Shown: piece after piece, positions 1 to 13,357 of the stretch
How the letters are laid out: every line of letters begins with the position of its first letter
Numbering within the stretch: position 1 is the stretch's first letter
From: Stegostoma tigrinum
Taxonomy: Eukaryota
Assembly: GCF_030684315.1 (NCBI RefSeq)
Contig: NC_081369.1
Location: 9,400,035 to 9,464,034 of the forward strand
DNA: 64,000 nucleotides
Direction: 5' to 3'
Translations under genes and position numbers: made by a program
The notes under the pieces: generated by a model
Told to the model about the DNA's origin: nothing
The model's input: the letters and a program-made list of their open reading frames with translations, nothing else
Database searches by the model: none

Positions 1-103
1 AACCCACACAGACACAGGGAGAATGTGCAAACTCCGCACAGACAGTTACCCAAGGCTGGAATCGAACCCAGGTCCCTGGTTCTGTGAGCCAGTGTGCCGC
101 CCT
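1..103 (-). mobile_element. HE1-type SINE, tRNA-derived 5' part (cut by window edge)
   Basis: Matches the copy at 49.5 kb; box B GGTTCGATTCC on the minus strand. Confidence 0.85.
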
Positions 104-2574
104 TAGAATGTGTTAACGATATCACTAAAATGAAGTATGACATGGGCTGTATCGTAAGACTGTGTGCGTCACCATATTCAAGTACTTAAAAAAGGGTGTT
201 TTCCTCATTTAACAACTATTCAACAACATTAAAGTCAGCAACATGTTTATTTCATTGGCATGCACAGGGCATTGCTGTGTTCATTCTGACTATAATGTCT
301 ACCTAGAATGTACTCCATACATTTCAAAAAGTAACTGCTTTTAAGAAAATTTACGAGTTCTTGAGTTGCGAAATGTTGCACATTTCTATTTGCTGTTTTT
401 GCAGACCAAATACTGTGGAGAATATGCTGAAATCTTAAATTAATTTAAAAATCATTGCGTTGATCCAACTGGAGTATGGCTGTGGTTTTCTAGATGCCTG
501 TCAGTTAAGTTAGACCAATCACTTTCATTTGCATCTACTTTATGAAGAGCATTCCTTAGGTCTGGAGTACCACCTCACACTGTAATGAAGCAACCATAAG
601 TTAGTGTAACCAACAGTTCCATCAGTGACAAATTTGGTTGGCCTGTGCTTTGAGCTAGGAGCTAAATTACGTTTGCACAATTAAGTTCACGAATGATTAT
701 TTTAGTTAATGATGTGATACTGTGTTTACCCCATTAACTCATGTAGTTTGAAGAAATTAGTTAAAGGTTAAAGCCCATGCTCGAAACTATTTCAAACCAA
801 CGTTGGTTCTTTCCATGTAATTTTAACGGAAACCTCAACTTCCCTATCATGGCTATAACTTAAGACTGTGCTGAGATACTGTGACGTAAGAGATATGTTG
901 GGCATTGTGTTTGATTTTCATTACTGTCTCTTGGAGCCATGTTTTGATTATGTTTGGCTGTTGCAGAAATATTTCTTTCGTTCCCCTTGAATTATCTTAA
1001 ATTTTTTTCCTATTATCTCCACTTCTTTGGAGAATAGCTGACTTTTGTTGGAAGATGATGATTTGCATACATAGATGCTTAATTAGCAACTTCCCTTATT
1101 TTGATTGATCTTTCTAGTGTGTACTGGTCTCCATGCTGCAGTAACCGCTACCTGCTACAAATTGACCATGGAACGCAAAATGCTGACTGAGCAATGTCTA
1201 ATATCCCTTCAGAATTCCCATGGGTATTTTGGTGCATCACACAACTTGGGCACAGGAACACATCATTTAGTCCAAAGATCAATGCTCCACATATATTTCC
1301 TCACATTACTTCATCTCATCTCACCAGAACCAGATCCTTCTATTTCCTGCTCCTTTATACTTAGCTAGTTCCAACTTAAATATATCATTTCACATCGTTG
1401 AACCACGCCACAAAAAGCTTAATTATCCCTTTTGCAATATTTTCTAACAGATATATATCAAGTGAAAAAAAAAAAAAAGTTTGGGAAATTTTGTCTTCTC
1501 CTTGTCATCCCTTTTTGCGCTAATCAGGAAATGAATCTTCAATTGCTGGAGAACTTCAGGACAATCTAGGAAAGTTGCCAATTCTCAGGTATTCTAATTT
1601 TGCTTCTGTTTGGATGAAAAATGACCAAGTACCGCCTTCGTTACGAAAGACTTGAATATTGGAAAGCTCAAAATAAAGGAAGTTAATATTAAAATTACAA
1701 CATTCTGTGCTAACACACACTCAGCAGCGCCTGAAAAGCTCAACACAATCCACTAAAATTAAAATGAGAAACATAATTGCTGGATATTTGAAATAAGTGA
1801 AAATTATAGAAGATTATGGAGATATCGGTGAAGATCTGAAAAATAATAGGTCGGTTTGATTTTCGCCATCCTAATTCCCCCTTCATTTTAGGGACTCGTT
1901 GAAAACTGTTTGGAAATGTTTCATCTTCTGAAATTCTACAATTGTTAATCCTGCTTCATTTTATGGTGGTTATTTCATATAGTCTTTTCGAGAGCTTTCT
2001 CTTTCAGTTCAGTTTTAGTGACATGATTTCCTCATGTTTCTGTTTACAGAAAGGGCTGTTCTCTATTTCAAGCAAATCCCGTCCTTATATCAAACAATGT
2101 TTGCGAAGCCTGAGGCGTGATTTGATAAACAATTAAAATCAGTAAGACTAAAACTGTTTCAGAAGACATTACCACGTATGGGGCTGCAGGTCTAGAGGGC
2201 ATAAATACGAATCCTACGGGTAACTCTGGAGAAACTTCTTCATCTCGAGAGTGGAATGTAGAATTCCTTACCATACGTTGAGGTGAATAGAATGGGTACA
2301 TTTCACAAGAAAATCTATCTGAATGGACGAAGGAAATTTTAAGAGAATTTTCTTTCAAAAGATTTGGAAGGTGGCTTGTACGGAGCATAAACATGTGGAC
2401 TGATTCGTCCGAATGACGTGCTTTTGATGAAGTAAATTGTAAAAGCACACTGAAACAGTGAATGCAAAAGATGGTGTGTAAGAAGTCTGAGTAATGGTGG
2501 GACCTGAAATGTCCCCATTGTTTGAATTACTTCTCTTTTAATCGAAAAATTAAGTCATTTCTCCCTTTGCCTTC

Positions 2575-3091
2575 CAGTCTGTTGGTGAGAGGAGTAAATG
2601 GGCGTGTGCATGTGCTTGATGAAGGGGTTGCTTGCATATTTTGCTTCGTTCAAGTTTAACCCTTCCGTTCTGAGGTAGCTGGCCGAAAAGTATCAAGGGT
2701 TACGGTGGCGTTACCAGGTATTTTGAATTGGTATTGAGGAAATTCCACGTTGGGTGGAGGTGGGGGTACTCCAGTGTGTGCAGCTTTTGTGAAGCATTAG
2801 GTGTGAAAATCTTCTGTCTGGAGTTAGCACAACACACTCGTGAGTAAAGGAATTTTGGCTGGAAAACACAGTTCGTTCCTTTTTCTTTCTTAGTACACCC
2901 CGAGGCACCTATTGCTGTCACAAAAAAACGTAAACATTGACTTCAGTTACAGATAAAAAAAATTCAGTGTGTGCTACAAAATAAAACCGCTGTTATTTCT
3001 GCTTCCAACGCATATCATGATCTGTAGATCTTGCCTACCAACTCAGCATTGAAACCACAAGACATGCAAGCGTGATGGTGAATGATTGCAC
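2575..3091 (-). pseudogene. Possible leader + V-domain relic on the minus strand
   Basis: Leader-like VQSFTITLACLVVSMLS with donor TG|GTAGGC, a 124-nt intron, acceptor tttgtgacag, then fragments CVFQPKFLY, VVLT, HW, GNATVTLDT and ASYLRTEGLNLNEA in shifting frames. Confidence 0.3.
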
Positions 3092-3526
3092 TTCACATGA
3101 GCTTGAGAGAGTGAAAAAAAAAGTGATCGCCCTGGCCCTGCCGTCCAGCTCAAACCAGCCGGGGATCTGTTGCTCAGCTGGGGTTAGGTTCAAACTATCA
3201 GTACGTCCCAAGAAACACAACTTCACCCTATTCTCACCTTGATCCTTCCTTGTACAGGTACATGTCTTCAATTCAACAATTGCTAGATGGAAAAAGCTGT
3301 AAAATGTGTAGGTGATATTAACTATGTATGGGCATGACTATTTATGCTGATGTTGCGACAAGCTCTTTATGGAGTTTCTGGCCTTTCAGTGGAAGGGATA
3401 CATCTGTGCAATCATAACTGCTGCTCCTGAGCCCTAGTTGTTCCCTTGTTTGCTGCTACAAGTTCCCGACACTCTGTCGTTCTCTTGTAAATAAATGTTT
3501 CGTATTTTTGTTTGTTTTGGCAACAG

Positions 3527-3814
3527 TTGCCGCTCGTATGACTCAATTTCTGCGATCGCCCAATGTAACAGTAAGACAGACCGTGACTTTTCACTGCTCG
3601 TTGCTGCTATTCCGAGGTAGGAACCAAGTCGTGGTGCATTGGTGGAAAGCTGGTGACCAGGAATTCTTGAACTCAAAACAAGATTCCTGGAGAGTGTTTC
3701 ACATTGAGAACGAAGCCAGCGCAAACCCACAATGTGCGTTTTAGAAATGTTGGCATCTGTTATTGCAGTTTGAACAGACTGGAAATGGAATCGGCATACA
3801 GCTGAATGTAAGCG
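3527..3814 (+). pseudogene. Frameshifted VJ-type Ig V exon (paralogue 1)
   Basis: Acceptor ttttggcaacag; RMTQ...QTVTFHCSL...VVHWWKAGDQ...FHIENEASA / NVRFRNVGICYCSL / TGNGIGIQLNVS read across two frameshifts; donor decayed to G|GAGAGT. Possible decayed leader at 3344-3396. Confidence 0.85.
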
Positions 3815-3823
3815 GAGAGTAAT

Positions 3824-4100
3824 CAACCCCAGCGACTTTGAAAATACGGCAGTTAGATGGACAGGAAGTTTGAAATGGCAGCTCTTCTGCTAATGATAAT
3901 GCAAATGATTATTAATTTCTCCCCTATTACGGTAGGCTGAGAGAACACCCAGTGTGCAGCGGGCTAATGTATATGGAAAGGTGGAACAGCTTGGGTGCAG
4001 CATTCCCCAACATTACTCAGTGGCCGCAGGAAGTTGGCGCTCTTGTTGCTAAAATTTCAAATCGAAAAACTAGATGTTCAGCAATTGTCAGTGCAAAGCA
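3824..4100 (+). pseudogene. Possible decayed C1 exon remnant abutting the V pseudo-exon
   Basis: (A)TPATLKIRQ resembles the intact C1 start APVPLKITP; FSPITVG* and SGLMY fragments follow. The end coordinate is approximate. Confidence 0.35.
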
Positions 4101-6618
4101 AGAGGGGAAGTTGGCTACCACATGCTTCTGCTTAAGCTGCTATTTCGAAATCTTATACCGCTGGTAGTCAAATGCATTTTTCAAAATGTACAACTCACAG
4201 CCTTCTCTGACTCACAATTCGAATTGTGATCTTAAATTAAGTGACCCATTATCGCCCACCATCCACCCAGTGAAATCGCCAACTTATTCCAGACCATCCT
4301 TTACATGAGAATGAAACCCGCGACTTTCGAATACAATTCAAACATTTCATTGCTAACCCCTTGTTGGGGATGTCCGAAATGAAAGTCACACACTTACCAA
4401 TACCACAGCTAGATGTCTGCGGATCAGAATTATTTGAAACCCTTAGCGTTCAACATTCCATCAGTTTTGCAAGAAAAGTTGAAAAGATTTCTGCAGGTTG
4501 GCGGCTTCGATAAATCCACTCACGTTGAATTATGCAATCCTGCATCCGAACCATTCTGCAAGAGGGAGGGAAGGAAACATACATACGAAGTTCGTGAGAT
4601 CGTGAAAAATTCGGTTTCTTGCCAAGGAAACATTTAACAGAGTTAGAAAAACAGAAGCGAGAATAAGCGGTATTGTTAAAACCCAAACAAATAACCTGGG
4701 CGCGGCGGGTGAAGACTATTTGATTTTATTTTTTTCTCTCGTTGTGACCATAGAAACAAATGGAGATTTTCTTTTTTCTCTTGTTGGGTATCTGGAGCGA
4801 AATGTTTTTTTTAATTTCTCAACGTGTCACTCCAGCTAGCCAGCTATATTATTCTCAGGAATTCATAGGAAACATACACAGGAACATGAAGGAGTTTCAA
4901 AGTAATTATGGCCAGATTATGGCAATCAGACAATCTTGGTTATTGCTCACTTCTTGACCATCAAGCATCGACTATATGAACTGTACCTGTCGCTCTGCTG
5001 TCTTGATTTCATTTTTTAACCTGGATTTGCATCTTGGCGCAGGATCCAACATGGTTCGTGTAACACCAAGTGTAACGATTCAATTACTCTTTGTATGGCC
5101 AAAATACAATAACGAACCTCTGTGCTCACTTTGCATCTGTCCCAAGTAGCATTGTAATTGAGATTATCCATTTAACGCAACTGCAAAAATTCAGAAAATC
5201 TTCCTGTCACTCTTAACTGTTATTGTGAAATATTGAAGAAACCGTACTCCATTGACTGCCCAAAGCTGTGTGTTAAAGTAGTCATTTGACCAAACACAGA
5301 GATTATACGTGAGAGAATTGCCTCTTTAACTAAAGGTATAAACACTATTTGAAGCCTTGCTGAAGCCGTCATTTTGGGAGTGACAATTATGGGTGAGTCG
5401 TCCTGTGTGAGAAGGGTTTGCAAGTCTTTAGTTCTTAAGAAGGCATCACTGGACTCGAAACATCAAATGGTGCCAAACCAGTTGAGTTTCGCCAGCAATG
5501 TCTTCTTTTGCTTCAGATCTTTGGCATTCACAGTTCTTTGTTTTGTTTATTTAAAGTTTTCTTCACCACATGCGAGCGTTTCTGCATGTGTTGTCAGTGA
5601 AACACCAATTGGATGGGCTTCAAATCTCGGTTGTTTTTTTTAGAAAAGAAATCTTCAGGGTCGTAGCACATAGCATTCCAATCAGAATATTTAGTACCTA
5701 AATGACAAAAATGTTTAACCATACAGCTTCCAGTCAAATATGCAGTCATTCCAGATTTGCAGCAATTCAGAATGTTCAACTCTAACCACATTTTTCACAG
5801 CATTTCAAAGCTTGAATGAATTGAACAGTTCAAATGACCAGGCAATGATTAGGGAAGAAAGATCAAGAACTGATTTTGAGAACTTGTAGTTTTAATCATC
5901 ACGATCAAGCTGGCTATTTCATTTGTGATACACACCTTTTGGTGTGTATTTTTTATATAAGCTGACAACTAGTTTTTCTTTTCACTCCCATAATACGTTT
6001 TGATGCTGGTGTCTCTTAAAATACTGTCAGTACAATGTCTGGAAGCTAACCATATCAAATTCACCCATCATTAAATTGCAGGATCTGATCAGATTATCCA
6101 GGCTTCAGTATTTCCATTTTATTGGCAGGATTGGAATGTATATAATTAATAGTATCAGTAATCAGCCCAATAATTCATCTCTTGTCCATGGTTCCAAGCT
6201 ATTGTTTCATCGAAGAATGTTTTGCATTGCTGAGAGTGTAGCTTGCAAAGCCTAGAATTTGCATAGATGCAATGGGGAAATAGACTGTTCAGCTCCCCTA
6301 GATATTGTTAAATGTAAGGACGTAAAAAGCAGAAACTGCTGCATAGCATTTAATGCTACAATTCTTTTCAATATCCATTCATTCCTTTGGTCCCACTGAG
6401 ATTATTGATCTCAATCTTGACTAAATTCAACAAATGGACATCCACGACCCCTAGGATTCGAAACTGTCTGGCCTTTGATCAGAGATCACAGCCATGGGGA
6501 ATACTTTCCAATCTAACCATTCCCTCAAAATATTTTGCATGTTTCAATTAGATCAACTCTAAATCTTGCCAATTCTGGGCAGTAAAGGAGCAATTTGCAC
6601 AAACTTTTCAAAGGACAG

Positions 6619-6791
6619 AGATAGTAGAAACTGCCAGTTCTGGAGAATCTGAGATAACACGGTGTGAAGCTGGATGAACACAGCAGGCCAAGCAGCTTCA
6701 GAGGAGTCGGAAATTTTGACATTTCGGGTCTCGACGCTCCTCTGATGCTGCTTGACCTGCTGTGTTCATCCAGCCTCACGCCATGTTAGCT
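6619..6791. mobile_element. Palindromic Penelope-derived short element, family A, with 15-bp TSD
   Basis: Inverted arms gctggatgaacacagcagg/cctgctgtgttcatccagc; TSD CTTTTCAAAGGACAG at 6604-6618 and 6792-6806. Confidence 0.88.
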
Positions 6792-8169
6792 CTTTTCAAA
6801 GGACAGTTGCCTTCCCTTGTGAGCCCTAGAGTCTTTCTTTGAGTAAGATGGCCAAAGCTGTATGCAGTACCTCAGGTCCGAGCTGATCAGTGCCCTTTGT
6901 AGCTGTGGGAAGGCATTTTTATTTCAGACTTAATTAAATAATTGAATTTAAATCCATACTTTTGTATAATCTGTCCTAACTTAGTTGTCTGCTTTGGCTA
7001 TTACACGAGCTGCCTGCTTGAAGTACGAATCTCAGAAGATGAGAACAGAGAGGCACAACAAATAATTGACATAATAATTTGTAATAAGTGGCAATTAAAA
7101 AAAAATAAAACAGCACAGGCTACGGGTAACTGAGAAATGCTGTCTTCCTATCCATTCAAATTCTTTCAAGTCACAAAAATGCACTATGTAATTGAAATCA
7201 GTGGATGGTGCTCCTTTATGAGATTTAGTGTGTAAATATCGTTGCCATACACTAATCACAGTAGCATAAGCAAACAGGAACAATCAGCTTTAATGTTTGA
7301 TTGCACTTACTATTACAGGATTAAGATTTAATAATTTAGCAAGCAAAAGGTAAAATAAATTCCCAGTTACAATAGCCATGTGTTTTCTTACCTTTCCCAT
7401 GATCTTCTAAAGCTATTTGGCAAGTCCATATCAGTAGTTATAGAACATAGAATAATACAGCGCAGAATGTCCTTAAATTTTAAATTAATTTAGACAGAAT
7501 CTGTCATCAGAGATTTAAGACACAGAAGCTCTGAAACATAATGTGGTCCCTCAAGGAATTGTAAAGGATTCCTTGATCTTTTTATAAACAAGAGCAGAGG
7601 AAGTCTCGCAGTGTCCTGGCCACCACATTTCTCTCAACTCATCTTGTTGAGGCAAATGAACGTACTTTTATCCAGGTGAATGCTCTGGAAAAGAACATTT
7701 TCTTTATTTGAGCATTGAATACATCCAATTCAAATATGATGCGGATAATATCAAAAGCGTAACTGTCTTACCTCCATCTTTAGAAAAGTGCCATCATCAA
7801 AGCATTAACTCACCAGTTTTTTTCACTGCTGTTCATGTGGAATGTGTAAATTTTAAAACAAATCAATTGCTATGCTAATTGTTTTGGTGCACAGCATACA
7901 GGAGCTAGAATCAAATGTTCAAACCCATAACTCGGCTACTTAAAGAGGAAGTTCACGGATTTGAAGTTGTAGCCTGGTCCATATTGGAATATTGAATATC
8001 TGATGTGTTTTTGTACAGGCAGTTTATACTGCTTATACTTCACAACATCATCTGTATAGTGCCATCAGTACAAACTGGGATATTGAAGTTCATTAAGCAC
8101 CTGTCGATCTAAAACATGATCATTTTCCTTCTAAAATTAAATTTCTTTTTTTTTGTGTGCCTCTTGCAG

Positions 8170-8284
8170 ATTGTAGTCCCAATGCATCCATTCTTTGCCG
8201 GACGTACTTCTGTGTAGCAACATCTTTCTTATTACTGATTAGTCTTGCACATTTACAGTAGTTGTAAATGCTGAAAATATAAAG
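8170..8284 (+). pseudogene. Decayed transmembrane exon (paralogue 1)
   Basis: Strong acceptor tgtgcctcttgcag and donor AAG|GTAAGA. Phase-1 translation DCSPNASILCRTYFCVATSFLLLISLA, then a frameshift and stops. Size (115 nt) matches the intact TM exon (113 nt). Confidence 0.65.
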
Positions 8285-9329
8285 GTAAGACAGGCGTATA
8301 GTTACATTAATAGTTGGATTTCTAGACCTAATATTAATGAGTAATGTAAATACACAAATGATATCAAGTAGAAAAGTCACTTGAAACTAAAATTAATCTG
8401 CAGTAACTCATTTTTGGAAACAAATGCATTCCTTAACCTTGTAGTTCACATTCAATTCAACTTATTTTTGAGTTCATCAGAGTATAACATTACTGTTGTA
8501 AACATCAAGAACATCCAGATTAGATGAGCGCATTTACAGGCAGAGAAAAGTTCCTCCCACAGTCTGCACTGATATCATACAACTCAAAGGGTCAGAATTC
8601 CAGGTGCCGATGCAGGCAAGATTAGTCGTGGGAAACGCAGATGACTTGTCAGTTTTAGAGTTCCACTAGATTACATTGCTATTTCTCAAGTAAATGTAGT
8701 GCTAAAGTAAGTGGAAAAATGTAAACCTTCAATAAACAATAAGAACACTAGAACTAGGGGCAGTCATAGGCCATCTGGTTTGTATGGCCTGCTTTGCCAC
8801 TCAATAGAATTATGACATATCTTGATTTTTTACTTTATCTTTCTGGTAGTTCACCTAATAGCTTGATTCCATGAAACACCAAAAATCTAGCTTTAAACAT
8901 TTTTGAAGATGCCACACCCACAACCCTCTGGGAAGAAAATTCCCAATATTCAAAACCCATACTGAGGAATCACTATGGGAAACAGCCCGTTTAAAATTTA
9001 TGCAAACGGAGAGCTAGGCACAGAACTCTTCCATCACCTACAAATGCATTCATCTTAAAGTAGCCATGTACAGGGATAGTAATAATGAGTTGTATCCTAA
9101 CGTTAGGCTGGGCAGCTTTTGCTACCTACATGCAATTCAGGCCTATGATAAGATGGTAACATAGTATAGAGAACATTGCAGGCAGCATCACGACAAATTA
9201 GTTTGCTATCATACGAGAGAGTAATACTTTCATGGAGAGATTCCGCAGAATGCTTGTGGTACAGAAGGTTCTGAGTTTTTGTATGTACGAATCAAAAATA
9301 ATTAACACACGGATACAAAGATAATTAGA

Positions 9330-9980
9330 ATGTTCTCCCTTATTGTGAGAAGTGTGGAGTGTAAAAGTAGAGGCATGTTCTGTAGTTGTGCAAGCCATTG
9401 GTGAGACACATCGAGTACCCCGTACAATTTAGTCTCATAACTTAATTAGATGATATTTGCAGTGGTGGAAGTAGAGAGAACATTTATTAGCTTTAATCCT
9501 GATATGTACGGGCTGCCTTGAGATTGAACATTGAGCAAGTTGGATTTGTAGTCATTGGATTTTAAAAAAATGAAATCTGATGTTATTAAATTATGTAAGA
9601 TTCTGGGGTAGTTTACAGAATAGTTGCTGAAAGGATATCACCACAGCAGAGAATCAACAAAAAAGGACAGAGTTTTAAAAGAAATGGGTGTTCCATTTAA
9701 GATTGGCATGTGGAAGATTTGTTTTCTTGTCAGAAGGTAAGTTAATGTTTGGAATCTTTTACTTAGGAAGCTGTGGGGGTCAAATAATTGATTAGACAGA
9801 TTTTTGATGTACAAGCCAGTATGAGGTTAATGTCCATTGTGAGTTGGGTGTGGGGCATAGTGATTGTAATCAAGCATTGAAGTCATAGACTCAATCAGAT
9901 TAACCTTGATGTTATTGAATAGTACTGCAGGCTTGAAAAACCAAACGGCTTACTCCTTCTCCTATTTCATTTGTTTTTAT
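9330..9980 (+). mobile_element. Highly decayed CR1 3' region
   Basis: Colinear similarity to the CR1 ORF2 C-terminus and 3' UTR. Confidence 0.65.
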
Positions 9981-10334
9981 GAGGGAACGGGTATTTCTAT
10001 TCCCACAATTTGCCTGCAGGCTCATGACATGCCTACAGTTCCATTCTAAAAAAAAATTTCAAACCTTTTATTAATCCCTTTGCCCTAAGCTTTGCCAAAG
10101 GTTTCTAAATGCCTGAAATGGCTTTCCGAACTTTCAAACTTTCCGAATATTTGGCATCAATTGTGACTTTGCACTTAATTCTTCCTTTCAATCTGAGTGC
10201 ATAAATGTTCTCCTTCCACTATTACTTGTCTTTTCCATCTGCTTGACTCTAAACATTCCTGTGAATAGTTATGCAGATAAGTTCACATCAGAACTTTCAA
10301 TGCAAAAGAACGCTTCTTAACACTTCTTAGAACT

Positions 10335-10810
10335 CATGTTGCCAAGTTTGGAGTTTTTGAGCTATTGGGACAGGCTGAATGGCCTGAGGCTATTTTGCCT
10401 GGAGCATTGGAGGTTGAGAGTTGACTTTATAGAAGATTATAAAATCATGAGGGGCATGGATAGAGTAAATAGATAAAGTCTTAACTGCGGAGTGGGGGGA
10501 GTCCAAAACTAGAGGCAATCTGTTTAAGATGAGACGGGAAAGATTTAAAAGGGATGTAAGGGACATCATTTCATGCAGATCATGTGGCTTGTATGGAATG
10601 AACTGTCAGAGGATATGGTAGAGATTGGTCCAATTACAACATTTAAAAGGCATCTGGATGAATACATGAACAGGAGGGTTGAGAGAAATATGTGCCAAAT
10701 GATGGTAAATGGGACTAGATTAATTTAGAATATCTGGTTGGCGTGCAAGTGTTGGACTGAAAGGCCTGTTTCCGTGCTGTTTATTTCTATAACTCCACGA
10801 CTCTATAACT
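10335..10810 (+). mobile_element. CR1 LINE 3' fragment (older)
   Basis: Decayed ORF2 C-terminus plus tail ggactgaaaggcctgtttccgtgctg. Confidence 0.85.
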
Positions 10811-12269
10811 AGGTTTTCTTTTATGCTTCTTGCAATAAACCAAGTCTAGCCTCTTGTTTGATTGTGCAATTCATAGGCCTTCATGCACTGAATTATCTTG
10901 TCACCATTGGTCACTGAGTCTCCCAGAAGTCAGCCCGAAATGTTGCTTTCAAGAAGGTCATTTCCACTTTAAGACTGAATGTATATGTTGCTTTCAGCAG
11001 TTCCTTGTTTTAAATATTATCTTGGATTCATATCAATATAGGCTCCTCTACGTCTAATTATACAGTTCTCTCTTTTTCTACTTCATGTGTGAGATGTGGG
11101 CCTCACTGGATGGCCTATATTATCACCAGTCGCCAGCTGCCCCTGAACTGAATGGTTCACTAAGTATTTTGAACGGAAGTTGAGACTCAACAACATTACC
11201 TAAGATTGTTTGTATTTAAACCTGATTTATTTCAACTTTAGTTCATTTTCAGTTAAAATCTGTGAACTAAAATATCCAATGCTCCATTTATCTTTGGCTC
11301 GTAGCTGAAGCATCTCAAATTGATTATAATTAATGCAGTTTGATTTTCACTTTTGCATGTAATTTTTCTCCTGCATCTATTGTAACTTTCATAACTAATG
11401 AGTTATGGAAGTTACTGCATGATACAAGTATGATGTGTTCTCAATTATGTCACTATATCATAGATATATGTTAATGTTTTATATACACACATCTTTTATT
11501 TACATATTTGTTTATTTTATTGTATATCGGCAGTGTACTGTTAAAATGTCTTAAACTAAGGACATATTTGGAGAAGGTGTACGTTTTTATGAGTTTTCTC
11601 CCTCTTGCATCTGTAGCTTTTAGGGCAATTTATTTAAAAACACGTTGATAAACCTTTCTCCCCCCCCGAATCTCTGTGGTTCATTTGTCCTTTGACTTCA
11701 GTATAGTAGAAGATTGTCAAGGCTAGGTCATTAAGTGCATTCAAGGCTGTGATAAATACATTTTTAATCAGGAAGTGAATTAAAGGTTTGGGTGATGACA
11801 TTAGCTGGCAAGCTTACAATTAACTTGCAGACTCAGGGAATCAATGGGTGGATGGTGATCAAAAGGCCCCTGGTTTTCAATTCACTCATCAGGCTCAAAC
11901 ACACCTGCATTGGGAATAGATAATGCAGCTCCCAGCTGGTGTAGTATAAGTTAGGATTTGAAATGTGTTTGTAGCCAAGTTTTCCAAACAATCAAACAAA
12001 TTATATCAACCTGCTCACTATGTTCTGTTTAATATCTCCCATCGCTGGAGCCAATGAATGGATAGCCAAGCTAGACAACACAATATAAGCTTCTCCCATA
12101 ACATAATAGTAATAGATTTATGGAGAACTGTAAGAGCATTAATCAGTGTATCCTTGATTTATGTTTGTTGAAATCCAAATGCTTTCAGTATACTTTAACA
12201 GCAAATAAGAAGGTTTTATATAACTGTTTCTTTTATACAAACGGTAGCATTTTATATTTTAATGGGATG

Positions 12270-13030
12270 GGAAATCAATAATAAGGCCAACATTTGCAGA
12301 CCAGACCTTTTTGCTCTTGACAAACTTGTAGCATGCCGCATTTCTGTACTTCTGCAGACTATTTGATGTAGATAGGCACACTACTGTTTTTAGGAAATGA
12401 GTTCCAGGATCTCGCCTACCAACAGTGAAGGAATGATGATATAGTTCAAAAGCAGGATGGTGTGAAAAGGAACTTCCAGGCAGTGTTCTCCAGGGTATGA
12501 TACCCAGTCCTTGTTGACCTTAAAAGCTACAAGTTTTTAGTTAGTGAATGTATCTTTCATATAGTACACAATACTGCCAGTGCTGTTTTCTGTGGTGCAC
12601 ATATTATCAATGTCAGGAGGATTGAATATTCGATTTGGTAGAAGACAGGGTTTATTGGCCTGAATGATGACAAACCTCATGAGTGGGAATACTGCAACAT
12701 ACAGCCAGACAAGTGGAGAATATTCCATTACACTTCTGAATTGTGCCATGCAGACTGTGGATGTGCTTTGGGAAATCAGGACGTGAGTTACTTGCTACAG
12801 TCTTCCGGGCTTCTGACTTTCTCTTCCAGCTACGATAATTAAATGGCTGGTGCAGTTAAGTTTCTGGTCAATGCTAACCCCCAGGTTTTTGATGGTAGGA
12901 TATTAGCTGATGCTAATGCCATTGCAGTTCAAAGTGAAATGCTTTGATGCTCTCTTATTGGAGATGGCCATTGCCTGGCATTTGTGTAATAAAAACTGTT
13001 ATTGCCATTTAGAAGTCCAAGTCTGAATGT
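12270..13030 (-). mobile_element. Decayed non-LTR retrotransposon (L2/CR1-group) 3' region
   Basis: Shares sequence (gagttccagg...cagtgaagga...ggatggtgtg) with other decayed copies near 40.3-40.6 kb. Family assignment tentative. Confidence 0.5.
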
Positions 13031-13134
13031 TAGATCTGATAAGATGCTAATGTTACACATTTTAACAAATTAAACATAGTGATACTTGGTTTATAGATTA
13101 ATGTATGAATTCATAATGCAGTTATGCAAACCAA

Positions 13135-13357
13135 GCCGTGTAGAAACTCAGCAGCTCTGGCAGCTTCTGTGGACAGAGAAACAGAGTTAGTGTTTCAAGT
13201 CTGGTATGACTCTTTGGAAGTTCTGAAGGAGAGTCATGTTTGAGTCAAACCATCAACTTCACTTTTTTCACCACAGATGTTTCCAAACCTTCTGAGTTTC
13301 TTCAAGAACTTTTGTTCCCATTCCAAATTCAGCCAGATCCACAGTGTTTTGCTTTTG
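13135..13357. mobile_element. Decayed palindromic family B element
   Basis: Same arm sequences as the 22.7 kb copy, more diverged. Half copies also at 5430-5550 and 28697-28793. Confidence 0.7.

Noticed and set aside
2068-2448. 126-aa minus-strand ORF
   Set aside because: Antisense to a decayed CR1-like 3' region.
5338-5398. Leader-like exon ending G|GTGAGT
   Set aside because: No ATG, an in-frame stop, and no V exon found downstream.
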